From the NCBI RefSeq assembly GCF_009914755.1, contig NC_060934.1: a stretch of DNA of 64,000 bases. The stretch is one strand, 5' to 3'. The position numbers and the translations under genes are program-made. Under the pieces are notes generated by a model. It made no database searches. It saw only the letters and a program-made list of their open reading frames with translations, and was not told the origin of the DNA. This document shows positions 26,214 through 41,429 of this stretch, in pieces. This DNA comes from the human T2T-CHM13v2.0 reference genome, Homo sapiens. The first letter of the stretch is position 1. The number at the start of each line of letters is the position of its first letter.

Positions 26214-26639
26214 ATGCTGTTTTTCTAATACATGTGTGGCCAACTTTAGAGTTAATATGAGCCTTTTCTTGAAAGATTATATTCTTTAAAAATAAAAAAG
26301 TCTCCATAATGAAATAATTTGTCATTTCAGGGAGCCATTTCTTCTGTATATTGAGTGTCCAGGAAGGCAGAAGAGGATCTCTAATGATAAAGAACACAGA
26401 ACAGACCAAATTTATTCTTGCTTAAGCCCATTGCTTCAACCTGATTAGTCAGATAAACAGACTTCGAGTTCAGCCCACAGAGCAATAAATATTCTGTCTC
26501 CTTGTCTACTTTCTCTTACACAGAAAGATAATTCTCAGCAAAGCTCACGAATAAACAAAATAAATGTAGGTCCTTGAGATTGTTTTCCAAACCTTTTGCC
26601 TGTCTTTATGACCTACAGTTTTGTTCAAATAAAAAATAC

Positions 26640-26830
26640 TGAACAAGAATGTAAGAGTATTCCAGGTAGTGGGGACCTACAAAGCCTTAAAGGCAATGGA
26701 GAAGTTGGCATGTTTCAGGGAAAGGACAGCAGATCAGTATGGCTGGCGTCCAGCATGGAAAGGGGCACCAGATGTGGCTGGGAGGCTAAGCAGGTCCAAG
26801 TCCTGTAGGGAGTTAGGACTTGCTTCTCAG
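26640..26830 (-). mobile_element. L2 fragment
   Basis: gagtattccaggtagtgggg...ggcatgtttcagggaa...cagtatggctgg resembles antisense L2. Confidence 0.55.
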
Positions 26831-26944
26831 GACAAATCCGTAGAGCAGATGCTTCTGGTGCCAAGAGGGGCTGGCCCAGTGGGGAGGGGATTACTTGGAA
26901 ATGGTTGTGCCCACTTGCTTTTGAAAACAATCATGGTGGAGTGA

Positions 26945-27615
26945 AGAGGTATGAGCATCGGCTTCATACACTGGCTCTGTATTTACCATCAGGATGACTT
27001 TGGGAAAATTGTTTAATTTGTGAGATTCCTGGGTTTCTCTTTCTGCCATGGTAAAAGGCACACGACCTCATAGGGTTTCTGTGAGGACTGAATAAGAAAC
27101 TACGTACAAAGTTCCTGGAAAATGTCCTGCAGTTGGTAGGACATTTTTTATTTATTTAATTTTTTATTCTGCAGCATCTCTCTCTAAACATCCTTTCATT
27201 TTTAGTGATCATAGCTAATATCCTACATCCCAGACTTTATTCCCACTGATCTATATGAATTATTTCATGTAACCCTCACACCCTATAAACTAGGACTTAA
27301 TGTTATCCTTGCTTTATAGAAGGGGAAACTGAGGCACAGAGAGGATTGATTAAAGTGCCCAAAATGACACAGCAACTAAGTAAAGATATGGGATGTGAAC
27401 CCAAATAGTCTGGCTCAAGTTCTCTCACAACCACAAAGCAGTTTTGCCTATTACACAAAAATTATCCGTCAGAGCCCCACAAACAACTGCTAAGGTGCAT
27501 ACGTTATTTTCATCATGATTTTCCACATACAGAAATTGAGGCTGAGAGTCCAAGTGGATTGTCTCTGATCAATTAGCCACAAAGAAACCAAACAAGGGCT
27601 CTGACCTAAGCCTGA
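26945..27615. mobile_element. Cluster of MIR fragments (one sense, two antisense)
   Basis: acctcatagggtttctgtgaggactgaataag (sense); ggggaaactgaggcacagagagg and gaaattgaggctgagag (antisense). Confidence 0.75.
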
Positions 27616-28740
27616 AGATTTCAAATTGTGGGTCCTTCCCACCATACCTCATGGGAGTCCCACCCTCCTAAAGATGAACTAAAAGCAGGTTCCAATTTAA
27701 TTACTAAAGGACACAGCTGTTCACAGGCCTCGTAAATCATTGTGTAATTGGAGGATATTCCAAGAGCATCACTCTCCCCTAACCTTAGTGCTTGTAACAT
27801 ACTAAGACAATTTGAATTAGGGCCTCTGACTGCAAGATCCTCACATAATCCAACACTTGCAAACCATAGGAGTTGTGATTTATACAAATTACTTCCACAT
27901 GTCTCATTTATACATACACAGTTACACCTAATTTTGACACATGTTATTTGATAATAACAATGGTTATCCAAATCAATTTTGTTTTCTAAAGAAACAACAT
28001 AGCAGTAAATCTTGTGTAAAAGCCAGAAAAGATAGAAGATAGATAAAGTATGTGAGTGTGTATACGTGTATATGTGTTTTCTAAACCTAGAAAGTGTGTT
28101 CTCTGCAAAGAGCAAAATATTAACTGTACTATAATAGCTTCTATAAAGTGAGAAACTTAACCAGGATCTCAATAGTGCCATATAAGTTATAGTTATGAAA
28201 AGTCAGACATGGAACCCCCTTGGAGTGGAGCGTGTGGAGATTCCTCAGGCCCTACTGCTGTCTGCCTGTCTCACTGCTGTCACGTAACCTTACCCTTCTT
28301 CATGCTGGTGGGCTGGGCTCCACAGCATGGAGCCACACATCACCCTGGCTGGACAGGTATGAAAGACCCTCTGAAAGTCACTAATAACAAAGAGGAATAC
28401 GATGACCTTAACCACGCTGGGAAGCCAAAATCACAGCTCTGCACTTTCCAGAAATGATTCATTCTCAAACCTCATCCTTGCAGCTTCCTGCTCATTTTAA
28501 AGTAACCCACAAGAAAACTGTGAGGAGCCTGAGCTATTTCACACTTGCCAAATTTCCCTCCCCTTTGATGCTGAAAACAGAAGATATTTGGGAAGTTTTG
28601 TTTTCATACCTTGAAATTTTTTGCTGATTATTTACCATGTAAATGCAACTGAAAATACAATCATTCTTAACTACCAAATGTCATTTTGATTCAGTTATGC
28701 GGAGTCAGGACCTTTTACATATTCTGAGACAAAAATTTCT

Positions 28741-31270
28741 TTTTTTCCTATTTGGATGCCCTCTATTTCTTTCTCTTGCTTGATTGCCCTGACCATAACT
28801 TCCAATACTATGTTGACTAGGAGAGGTGAGAGAGGGCATCCTTGTCTTATGTTAGTTTTCAAGGGGAATGCTTCCAGCCTTTGCCCATTCAGTATGATGT
28901 TGGCTGTGGGTTTGTCATAGATGGCACTTATTATTTTGAGGCATGTTCCTTTGATACATAGTTTATTGAGAGTTTTTAACATGAATGGATGATGAATTTT
29001 ATCAAAAGCCTTTCTGCGTCTATTGAGATCATCATGTGGTTTTAGTCTTTTGTTCTGTTTATGTGATGAATGACATTTATTGATTTATGTATGTTGAACC
29101 AAGCTTGCATCCTGGGGATGAAGCTTACTTAATTGTGGTGGGTAAGCTCTTCAATGTACTGCTGGATTTGGTTTGCCAGTGTTTTGTTGAGGATTTTTGC
29201 ATCAATATTCATCAAGGATATGGCCTGAAGTTTTCTTTTTTTGTTGTATCTCTGTCATGTTTTGGTATCAGGATGGTGCTGGCCTTATAGAATGAGTTAA
29301 ACTATCCCTGTTTGCAGATGACAGGATCCTATATCTACGAAACCCCGTAGTCTCAGCCCAAAAGCTTCTTAAGCTGATAAACAACTTCAGCCAAGTCTCA
29401 GAATACAAAATCAATGTGCAAACATCACTAGCATTCCTATACAACAACAACGATCAAGCCGAGAACCTTATCAGGAATGAACTCCCGTTCACAATTGCCA
29501 CAGAAACAATAAAATCCTTAGGAATACAGCTCAGCAGCAAGGTGAAAGATCTCTACAAGGAGAACTACAAACCACTGCTCAAAGAAATAAGAGATGACAC
29601 AAACAAATGGAAAAACATTCCATGCTCATGGATAGGAACAATCAATATTGCGAAAATGTCCATACTGCCCAAAGCAACTTGTAGATTCAATGCTATTCCT
29701 ATTAAACTACTATTGACATTCTTCACAGAATTTGAGAAAACTATTTTAAAATTCATATGGAACCAAAAATAAGCCCAAATAGCCAAGACAATCCTAAGCA
29801 AAAAGAACAAAGCTGGAGACATCATGCTACCTGACTGCAAACTCTACTACAGAGCTACAGTAGCCAAAACAGTATGGTACTGGTACCAGAACAGATACAT
29901 AGACCAATGGAACAGAATAGAGAACCCAGGAATAAGACTTCACACCTACAACTATCTGATCTTAGATAAACCTGACAAAAGCAAGCAATGGGGAACGGAT
30001 TCCCTATTCAATAAATGGTGCTGGCATAAATGGCTAGCCATATGCAGAAGATTGAAACTGGACCCCCTCCTTACACCATATACAAGAATCAACTCAAGAT
30101 GGATTAAAGACTTAAATGTAAAACCCAAAGCTATAAAAACCCTGGGAGACAACCTAGGCAATACTATTCAGGATGTAGGCACAGGCAAATATTTCATGAC
30201 AAAGATGCCAAAAGCAATTTCAACAAAAGCAAAAATTGGCAAATGGGATCTAATTAAAGTAAAAAGAAGCTAAAGAAAAGAAATTATCAACAAAGTAAAC
30301 AGCCTACTGATTGGGAGAAAATTTTTGCAAACTATGCATCCAACTAGGTTTAATATCCAGTAGCTATAAGAAACTTAAACAAATTTATAAGAAAATAAAC
30401 ACAACCCAATTAAAAGTGGGCAAAGGACATGAACAGACACTTTTCAAAAGAAGACATACATGTGGCCAGCACTCACATGAAAAAAAGCTCAACATCACTG
30501 ATCATTAGTGAAATGCAAATCAAAACCACAATGAGATACCATCTAACACCAGTCATAATGGCTAATACTAAAAAGTCAAAAAAATAACAGATACTGGCAA
30601 GGTTGTAGAGAAAAAGGAACACTCATACACTGTTGGTGGGAGTGTAAATTAGTTCAGCCATTGTGGAAGACAGTGTGGCAATTCCTCAAAGATCTAAAGA
30701 CAAAAATACCATTCAACCCAGCAATCTCATTACTGGGTATATACTCAGAGGAATATAAATCATTATGTTATAAAGACACATGCATGCATGTGTTCATTGC
30801 ATCTATTTTCATATTAGCAAAGGCATGGAATCAACCTTAAAGTCCAGCAGTGATAGGCTGGATTTTTAAAATGTGGTACATATACACCATGGAATACTAT
30901 GCAGCCATAAAAAAGAGGTGAGATCATGTTCTTTGCAGGGACATGGAGGTAGCTGGGGGCTATTGTCCTTAGCAAACTAACACAGGAACAGAAAACCAAG
31001 TATCATGTGTTCTCACTTACAAGCGGGAGCTGAATGATGAAAACACATGGACACATAAAGGTAAACAACACACACTGGGGCTCTTCAGAAGGTGGAGGGT
31101 GGGAGGAGGTTGGGAGGAGAGAATTAGGAATAATAAATAGTGGGTACTAAGCTTAATACCTGGGTAATAAAATAACTTGTACAAAAAAATCCCATGATAA
31201 AAGCTTACCTACGTTACAAACCTGTACATATACCCCTGAACTTAAAATAAAAGGTAAAAAGAAAATAAAA
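28741..31270 (+). mobile_element. L1PA13-16-like LINE-1 with 5' inversion (inverted 28741-29299, sense ~29295-31270)
   Basis: Minus ORF 28695-28982 encodes ORF2 RT ([14 protein letters not shown]...QGCPLSPLL); sense part starts just before the FADD codons; old-L1PA 3' UTR and A-tail. Confidence 0.92.
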
Positions 31271-31286
31271 TACAGTAGAGCCATAA

Positions 31287-31570
31287 TTTTTTTTTTCTTT
31301 GAGAGAGAGTTTCACTCCGTCACCCAGGCTGGAGTACAGTGGTGCAATCACAGCTCACTGCAGCCTTGCCAGGGCTCAGGTGATCCTCTCACCCCAGCCT
31401 CCCAAGTAGCTGAGACTACAGGCGCAGGCCACCATGCTGAACTATTTTTTGTAGAGACAGGGTTTCACTATGTTGCTCAGGCTGGTCTTCAACTCCTGGG
31501 CTCAAGAGATCCACCCAGCTCGGCTCTCCCAAAGTGCTGCGATTACAGGTGTGAGCCACTGCACCCGGCC
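31287..31570 (-). mobile_element. AluJ SINE with private deletions
   Basis: Antisense dimer with a shortened middle linker and a shortened right arm (cctgagccctggcaaggctgc on the Alu strand). Confidence 0.92.
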
Positions 31571-31750
31571 GAGGCAAAAATTTCTAATGATTATTCTATA
31601 TTTTTTTATGTTGGTGAAACAGGATCAGAAATGTAAATGTAAAAAAAAATGAAACCTTTTAAGTACTAGAAGAAACTGTGAGTGAATCTGTCTTTAATAT
31701 GGGAGTGGAGAAAAGTCAAAACCCAAAAACAGTAAGAGAAAGGATTGACA

Positions 31751-32224
<474 letters not shown>

Positions 32225-32299
32225 TCACATATACACAATTTCTTTTCATAGCAAAATGTAGTTATATTGTCTTGATGTGCAAAATGTTCCTCTTTGTAG

Positions 32300-32604
32300 T
32301 AATATGTCCAGCCTTTAAATCTATTTTGTATGGTATCAATGTAGCAACTCCCGTTCAAAGTCTTCATAGGGTATCCTTAACCAGGCTGTAACTTTCAGTC
32401 GATTTGTTTTTATATTCAAAGTAAATATCTTGTAATAGTATATATTAATAGTTCTTGAATTTCTATACTGTCTTTTGAAAAGTATCTAGTTCATTTCAAT
32501 TATTAATATTATTGTATTTAAGATTGCTATTTTACTATTTTTAGAGTTTGTCTTATTTGTTTATTTTTCATCTCTTCTTCATGCCCTGCCTTGAGAGAGA
32601 GAGA

Positions 32605-32641
<37 letters not shown>

Positions 32642-34860
32642 TGTGAGAGAGAGAGAAATATATAGAGAGAAATATTTCAATATTTCATTTTAATTCCTTT
32701 AGTGGCTTTGTAGCTACCTCTTTGCATTACTTTTTAGTGGTTGCTCTAAGAGTTACAATATACATCTTAAATTTTCATCAAACTACTTAAAGTTAATATT
32801 GAATTATTGCAAGTAAAATACAGGAAACTCAAAACTATATATTTCTGTGTATCCCCACACACCTTCTTTGTGATATTATTGCCTTATAGATTTCATCTAT
32901 AGGTGTTACAAATCCATCAATACAGTGCCATCATATTTGCTTTACAAAGTCACAGATCTTTCAAGAAAATTAAGAGACAATGTATATATTAATAATGTCT
33001 TTCATGTAGCCACATACTCAACATTTCTGGTACTCTTCATGCCTCTGGTAAATCAGCGTTATTTGTGCTGTTTTCCTTCAGCCTGAAGAATTTGCCTTAC
33101 CAATTTGTTGTTGTTGTACGTGTCTGCTTCTACCAACTTCTCTCAGTTTTTTGTTTATCTGAACATGTTTTTATCTTACCTTTATTTTTGACAGATGATT
33201 CCACTGGACATCAAATTTTTAATTGAGAGAGTTTTATTTGTTTGTTTGGTTTGGTTTGGTTTTATTCAGCACTTTGAATATTTTTTTCCAATGTCTTCTA
33301 GTTCCCAAGGTTTTGAAAAGAAGTCAGCCCTTAATCTTGTCACTGCCCCTCTATCTGTGATATGTTTCTTTGTTTCTTAACGCTTTCAATATTGTTCCTC
33401 TGTCTTTTTGGCTTTCAGCATTTGACTATGTATGTTTAGAAACAACTTTTTGGTGTTTGTACTGCAAGAGGTTTGTTGAGATCCTTGAATCTATAAAATA
33501 ATGATTTCCACCAAATTTATTTTATCAAATAGATACTTTTTCTGTTTTCTCTCTTTTCTTTCCTGAGATTCCCATACACGTATGTTGGGCCGCCTCATAT
33601 TGTCCATAGGTCTCTGAAGTTTCGTTCATTAATCTTCAATACTTGTTCTCTCTTTTTGTCACATTTTTATTTTTATTTTTTATTAGTAATTTTTATTAAT
33701 CCATCGTCAAGTTTATTTATTCTTCTGCTCTTTATAAAGTGCTGTTGCACCCAACTAGCAAATTTTTATTTCATTATTGAACTCTTTGCTCCAAGACTTT
33801 TTATTGTTTGCTTTCCTCTATTGAGTTTCTCTATCCATTCATTACTAGCATATTTTCTCCAATTATTTAAATGTATTTTATTTTAATTCTCTGAATATAT
33901 ATATCATAGCATCTATGAATTCAACAAACAGCTCCAACAATAAGGAAAGAAGTCAATTTCTGTTGACTTCTTTTCTTCCTATGTGTCATACTTTCCTATT
34001 TCTTTACATGTCTAGTGATTTTTGGTTTAAAACTAGAAAATGTAAATTACATGTGGTAATAAGTGTATGATAATTTTTCTGAGGATTATTGGTTTTTTTC
34101 TGGATTCATACTGCAAATTCCATCTCCCCCCAGTAAGCAGCTGCTGCTGTGTATTCATAGGGCTTCCTCTGCTCCGTTCGTAGGTTGCCACCTGTATGTC
34201 TCCCCTGTGCTTGTGAAATTTGGTGGTCAGACAATAATTTAAGCAGAGATGAGGCTTCACCTCTCTGTTTTTCTTCCTTGTAGAGATTCTCATTTTCAGT
34301 TACTCTGCTGGATTTGGGCTCTGCATTGTAACATTTCAAGCCCACTCAACTTCAGCTGTCACTCAGTCTCCTCATAACTGGAGAATACAGACAGTTTTTT
34401 AAAAGTATCAAACTCACTTCTGTGTTTCTACATAGATGTGTGGATTATCTTTCAAGAATCTAGTTCTCTCCATCCTCTTGTTGCTTTTTATGGGGTCCCT
34501 TGTGGTCTCATCTACAATGGCATATTTAGCATCAGCCAGAGTTTTGGAGCTTATTCCTGACTTTGGGTCTTACCTTTTCTGAGGTGTTGGTATTGCCATA
34601 ATTTCCACTTTCAATTTTCAGCTGTTTTTTCAGCTCTGAACTCTGACTTCTGGCAGGAAGGCCATGTTTTGTCCAGCCATCATTCCTAAGAGCCATAATT
34701 GGGGTTGATCATCCTTCTGGTGCTCATGAGCCACAAACTCAAAATTGCTGCCACTTCCCTTTGCAATCTTTTGAAATTAAACTCCCTTGGCTTCTATTTG
34801 TTTTTGGATGCTTCCTAGTGTCTTTAAAGAGTTGGTTTTTCTATTTTAACCCATTTTTTA
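32300..34860 (-). mobile_element. Old L1M fragment (ORF1/5' region), very degenerate
   Basis: T-rich antisense L1-like sequence (gttttgaaaagaagtcagcccttaatctt, ggctttcagcatttgactatg); boundaries approximate. Confidence 0.6.
32593..32657. repeat. Compound (GA)n(GT)n(GA)n microsatellite
   Basis: About 16 GT units between GA runs. Confidence 0.95.
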
Positions 34861-34907
34861 AAGATTATTATCTTCAGGGGCTCAAGTGACTGCTTCCCTT
34901 CTCTGCC

Positions 34908-35248
34908 TCCTATGAAGTGGATGTTTGCCCAAAATTTATATGTTGAAATCCTGGCCCCCAATGTGATGGTATTAGGAGCTGGAACTTTTGGAATGTAACT
35001 AGGTCAAGCAGTGCCCTTATAAAAAGACAGGAGAGCCTCTGCTTTCCCACTTTCTACTCTCCCCGATGAGAGGACACAGCAAGAAGATAACTATCTGTGA
35101 ACCAGAGAGAGAGCCTTCACCAGAACCCAACCGTGCTGGCAACTTGATCTCAGAATTCCAGCCACGAGAACTGCAAGCAATTAATTTCAGTTATTTAAGC
35201 CAGCCCGTCTATGGTATTCTGCTATGAAAGCCCGAACTGACTAAGGCA
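34908..35248 (+). mobile_element. MLT1A/MLT1A0 MaLR solo LTR
   Basis: caaaatttatatgttgaaatcctggcccccaatgtgatggtattagg...gaactgactaaggca; TSD ctgcc/ctgtc. Confidence 0.85.
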
Positions 35249-36169
35249 CTGTCAGTACAAATAGTTGAGAGATTTTTCTGAAATTTTAAATATTTTAAAG
35301 TACTTAAAATTTCCTTGAGTTTTTCAGTTTTGTATTTGTTAAAAATACAATATACTCGTTAAAAATTACAAGTATATTGCATTATGCCAGAGGGTCTGCA
35401 TCTGTTCTACATTTGGAAGGAATTTATTGAGCTATTTGTAGTCTAACCTACATCAATGTTTGTTAATGGTGCATCATAAACAGTGAAAAAATAGATGTAT
35501 TCACAGGTAGAATGGGATAAAGTTTGATATATCTATTAGGTACTTTTATCAATTATGTTTTTAAGAACGACCATGTCACATGTTATTTTTTCTCTGTTAG
35601 GTCTTTGATCAGCTATTAGAGGTTACTTAAAGTCTCTTGCTACTATTATGTTTCTATCCACTTTGTTCTTACATTGTTTGCAGTTTACATTTCATGCATA
35701 TTGATGCTATTGTATATTTTACGCACAGTGGTGGTGCTAACAATATTTTATATTATTCGGTACATAAAAACTCATGACAGTTATAGGTTTATTTTACAAT
35801 GTATCTTCATTGTAAAATAAGTCTCAGTCATGCTTTTCAATGATATATTTATTATTATTGTTTTTTGGCCATTTGACATGATTTTAGTTGTTTAAAACTA
35901 ATCTGTGTGTTTCTTTTCTAATACAAAAGTATCATTAAGTACTAGAGTTTTGCTGCAAGATTTTATAGAAATGTGTGGCAAGATGGAAAATATTCTTATG
36001 TCCTCATCAGCTACTTAATCATTCTGAATTTTCTCACTTCCAAGGCTGAATCAGGCTCAACCCAGACCCAGAGCACAAGGAGTTCAGCATTATTGTACAC
36101 CGTCTAGGTTCACGCAGGCCCCCTTCTCTTAATTCCATGAACATTCATATTTAAGGCAAAATATCCTTT

Positions 36170-36420
36170 GCTTAGCCATTTCTATAAGCTAGGCACAATA
36201 AAACACACTGTAATTATATAATATTGAAACTGTCAACAATTATGTGAGGAAAGTATTATGATCAGCAGTTGTACAGATGACAAGATGAGGACTTGAACAT
36301 TAATTTGCCCAAGGACACAGGTTCTTTCAAGGCATTTTACGGATGTTACATGCCAGTTAGACCATGCATTGTAACTAGTAAGGGTGAGAGCCAGAGTCAG
36401 ACAAAACTCTTGACTTCAAA
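36170..36420 (-). mobile_element. MIR fragment
   Basis: tacagatgacaagatgagg...taatttgcccaaggacacag. Confidence 0.55.
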
Positions 36421-37363
36421 CACACTCCCCGACCTACCATATCTACCCTCCTCCCTCTCATACAACTTCCGAAAAAGAGGCTTGGCTTGCTGCAGCGTTC
36501 TGGCAGGAAACCTCCATGTCGGGCTGCTTCCTGCTCAAGCACCAACTCTGGTTCCATCAGCTTTGAGTGAGGTGCCATGAAAGCACTTGTGCATGGTGAA
36601 TAAGCCATTCGCCACACAGAGCATGGGCCACAAAGAATCACTTGGGACCATTTTCTTTGCAAGGAAGTAGGGCACTGGCATTCATCTGGAGGCTTCTGCA
36701 TTGTTGTACGGAGCTTTTCTGTAACAGGTTCCTCATTTCCAGAGCCTTTCAGTCCATTGCTTATCTGTCTTCCCTGCAACCAGCTCCTGCAGAGCAAGGG
36801 CCCCTCTTTGGTTACTGTTGTATTCCCAGAGCTCAGCACAGTGTGTGGCCAGGCACTCGGTGCATGTCTGTGGAGTTTTAAACACTGTGTGTCATGAGAA
36901 TGCATTCTCTGTTCAAGAAAACATCATTGCTCAGATTAGCTGAAAGAAAAGCAAGTGTGAATTTTTAAAAACTTGGTATTATAGCTTCTATGCTGTTTTG
37001 TAAATTATAAATCTAAACAATAGTGAATGGCTAAATGGAGAATGCCTCCCAGGGCTTTTAAAATGATACATACAGATAGAGGTCAATTAGCACAACTTTT
37101 AAAATAAAAATGGTGTTGTTGACACACTTAAACATGAAGATCTCTCCTCTTTAAAGAGTTAAATATACTTTCTGATCTCCAAAGTCATTTCATCTTTGGG
37201 CTGAAGTTCTGAATTGATAAAGTTTTACTGACTATTTTAGCCAATTGCATCTGTTACAGATTTCCTTTCTCTAATACCTCTCTTAATGAAAGATCACATA
37301 GAATGTACTAAACCTTAAAAACAAAGGGCAGGCATCATGTATTTTAAGAACTTACAATTCTAA

Positions 37364-37690
<327 letters not shown>

Positions 37691-37925
37691 CCTGTTTTGT
37701 TTTTTTAAGACAGAGTTTCGCTCTTGTTGCCCAGGCTGGAGTGCAATGGCGTGACCTTGGCTCACTGTAACCTCTGCCTCCTGGGTTCAAGCGATTTTTC
37801 CTGCCTCAGCCTCCCAAGTAGCTGGGATTACAGGTGCCCGCCACCACGTTAGGCTAAGTTTTTGTATTTTTAGTAGAGATGAGGTTTCACCACGTGGCCA
37901 GGCTGGTCTTGAACTCCTGACCTCA
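37691..37925 (-). mobile_element. 5'-truncated AluSp/Sq-type SINE
   Basis: gagtttcgctcttgttgcccaggctggagtgcaatggc; stops at cctgacctca. Confidence 0.88.
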
Positions 37926-39081
37926 CCAGCTTCTTTGTTTTTTAAATCAATATTTTCTTTTTAAAAATACTCAACAATATCACCTGATTGGTTTTAAAAC
38001 AATTCATCCTTTTCCAATTGATTTCTTCTCATTTTATTCTGACTTTATGACAGCTCATTTTAATGAACTGGGATACAATTACATCTGCACATCTATGTGC
38101 AGCACCTGTTGTTATAGCATCTGGGGCAAAAAGATCTGCTTGGAGCCATGCACTGCAGCCTTGACGATTGCATCAAGAGGCTTCCATGCCGAGGTTGAAG
38201 GAACAAGGGATTTTTCTAATAAAGAAAACCCAAACTCATATTTTATTTCATCAAGCACAGTCACCATGCTGTGCAGTACTCTCTTCTCCTTGAGAACTTA
38301 ACAGGGGGAGCTAGGTCAACCTGTATAATTGTACATGTTTATATTTTGTTTCCTCTTTGCTCCTCATTGACCCTGAGTCCAGTGCTCCAGCTACTGCCTG
38401 TAGAAGAAAGGAAAAAGGAAAAAACAAGGTCCTTAGATGATGGGGACACCAATAGGAGGAATTCGAACCAATAGCCACAAAGGTGCAAGATCAACGTTCT
38501 GCCCCAGGCTCGGAGAGTGAAGAAAGATTCTGTCCAGTGGCAGTGGAGGTATTCTCACAGGGCTCAAAGAGCTTTATCCATGAAATAAGGACCTTTATCT
38601 TAGAATATTGTTCATAAGACTTAAAAGAGATAAAGTATCTGTAGCTCCCTGGACATGATGAACACCCAGGAAGTGCTACCAGTGGTTGTCAGAGGTAGTC
38701 AGAAGCTCATGGGCCAACTGGACATGGGCCAAACAGAGGGGACTGGAGGCAGCTGTTGGTCTATCCTGGAAATATTTTTGGTCTTTCCTATCAAGCAAGA
38801 GGCATAAAGGTGCCAAACCAAAACAACTTCTTTGCAGGCCCATCTCAGAAAAGAAGGGGGTCTAGACCATGGTAACAGGCTTTGCTTCACTATCAGAACC
38901 CCAGTGGAATCAGCTACTGCTAGGCACCATCCTGCTCAGTGTTTCTCCTTTCAAGTTCAAGACCCCAGAGCCATGTGGTAGGAGATGGAACTGTGCCTAG
39001 AGTAGATGGCTCTCTTATTTTCATATTATTTTTTTAAAATGTAGTGGGTTATATATTTCATGTATATTGATTTATATTCAC

Positions 39082-39462
<381 letters not shown>

Positions 39463-39469
39463 TAGTCTT

Positions 39470-39760
39470 GGCCAGGCATGGTGGCTTACACCTGTAATTG
39501 AAGCACTTTGGGGGGCTGAGGCTAGAGAATCACTTGAACCCAAGAGCTTGAGACCAGCCTGGCCAACACAGCAAGACCCCCATCTCTACACAAAAATTTA
39601 AAAAATATCCAGTTGTGGTGTCACATGTCTGTAGTCCCAGCTACTCAGGAGATTGAAGTGGGAGGATCTTTTGAGCTCAGGAGTTCGAGTCTGCAGAGAG
39701 CTATGATCACACCACTGCACTACAGCCTGGGGAACAGAGCAAGACTCTGTCTCTAAACAA
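39470..39760 (+). mobile_element. AluJ SINE
   Basis: ggagttcgagtctgcagagagctatgatcac J-type right arm; tctagtct flanks. Confidence 0.9.
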
Positions 39761-39837
39761 GCAGGGAAATAGGTAACAATTTTTGAAACTCTAGTCTCCC
39801 TTCTTTTTTACTGTATCTACAAGATCTCACTATTACT

Positions 39838-41035
39838 GTGGGTGGAGGCAATGTACCTGTTTTTTTTAAAAAAAGAGAAACCTACATTTCTCATCATCCT
39901 GTGCAAATATGGCAGCCCAGTGACTAAGTTCTGGCCAATGAAATATAATGAGAAGCTGTTTGGTGAGGATTTGGCAAATCTTAAAATCATGATAAGGGTG
40001 TGCGTATTTGGGTTGCATACTGGCTTTGTGCCCTTTGCTCTTTGTCTTCCTCCTGCTTGTAAGCAGACACGGCTGGAATTCTAGGAACTGTTCTGAAAGC
40101 ATCAGGATGAGGAGGACCCCTGAGAACAGCAGAGCAGAAAGGTGGAAAGAACCTGGGACTCAGATGAGTTTGTGGAACCCCTGTACTGATACAGATAGGA
40201 GACAGGGAAATACTGGGTAGAAGAGGGCAGTTCCTCAGCAAAGGCCCCACCCTCAAGTCTGCAAACCCACAGCCCTAAATGGAAACAGAAATTCTTGTTT
40301 TCACACCCAAATGCTGCCTTTTCCAAGACCATCCTGGCCTGCCACACCCCCATCCTTTACACATAAAAACCCCAAACCCCAGGCTCCACCAGCAGAAAAG
40401 CAGCAGAGTGGTGCAGCAGAGAAGGAGAGAAGAGAAGGAAAATCACAACTTCGAGAGGAATTCGGCTGGGGACAATCAGAGGAGAGATCGGCCACAGGAT
40501 GACCAAATTCCAAGGGAAGATGATCTTCCCACTCCATTCCCTTTCCAGCTCCCCATCCATCCCACTGAGAGCCACCTCCAACACTTAATAAAATCCCCAC
40601 ATCCACCATCCTTCAAGTCCATGTGACCTGATTCTTTCTGGACACTGGACAAGGACCTGGGTACCAAGAGGGCATGGTGTAAAAGGCTGTGCCCCTGACT
40701 CTCCACTGAGCTGGTTTAACACTTAGCCGTCCATGGATGGCAACTGCTAAAAGAGCATTAATTGTAACACACCCCTAGATGCGGCCATGGGGCTGAAACC
40801 CAAAAGTGCTCACCTGGGTCCTGCACTTGCCCATCTGCATGCTCCCCTTCCTGTAAGGGATTTGAGTGTGCAGCAGCTGAGCAAATGAGCCACACACACC
40901 TTGTGGATTTTCAGTCCCACAAGTCCCACAAAGGGGTAAGGGAACTCTCCCATTTCAGTATCAGGCTTCGTTGGCCACTTCCAGATGGTTTTTACATCAG
41001 AGAAATTTAGTCTACTAGAGTGTTCAAGCTCTTGG
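39838..41035 (+). mobile_element. LTR33-like ERVL LTR split by MER50
   Basis: ctacatttctc...aagttctggccaatgaaat...agagcagaaaggtggaaagaacctggg, resuming after 40957. Confidence 0.65.
40187..40957 (+). mobile_element. MER50-family ERV1 solo LTR
   Basis: tgatacagataggagacagggaaatactgggtagaagagggcagttcc...ggaactctcccatttca; TSD gtac/gtat. Confidence 0.88.
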
Positions 41036-41110
41036 CTCATCTTAAACATGACCATTAGAAAATAATTAGCCAAAATTAATATAACTATGTGAGATAGGAA
41101 GAAAGTTCTC

Positions 41111-41429
<319 letters not shown>

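Noticed and set aside
26869-26885. CTCF-like motif (also CCCCTAGTGG at 62942 and 63870)
   Set aside because: Mismatches at core positions; not supportable without ChIP data.
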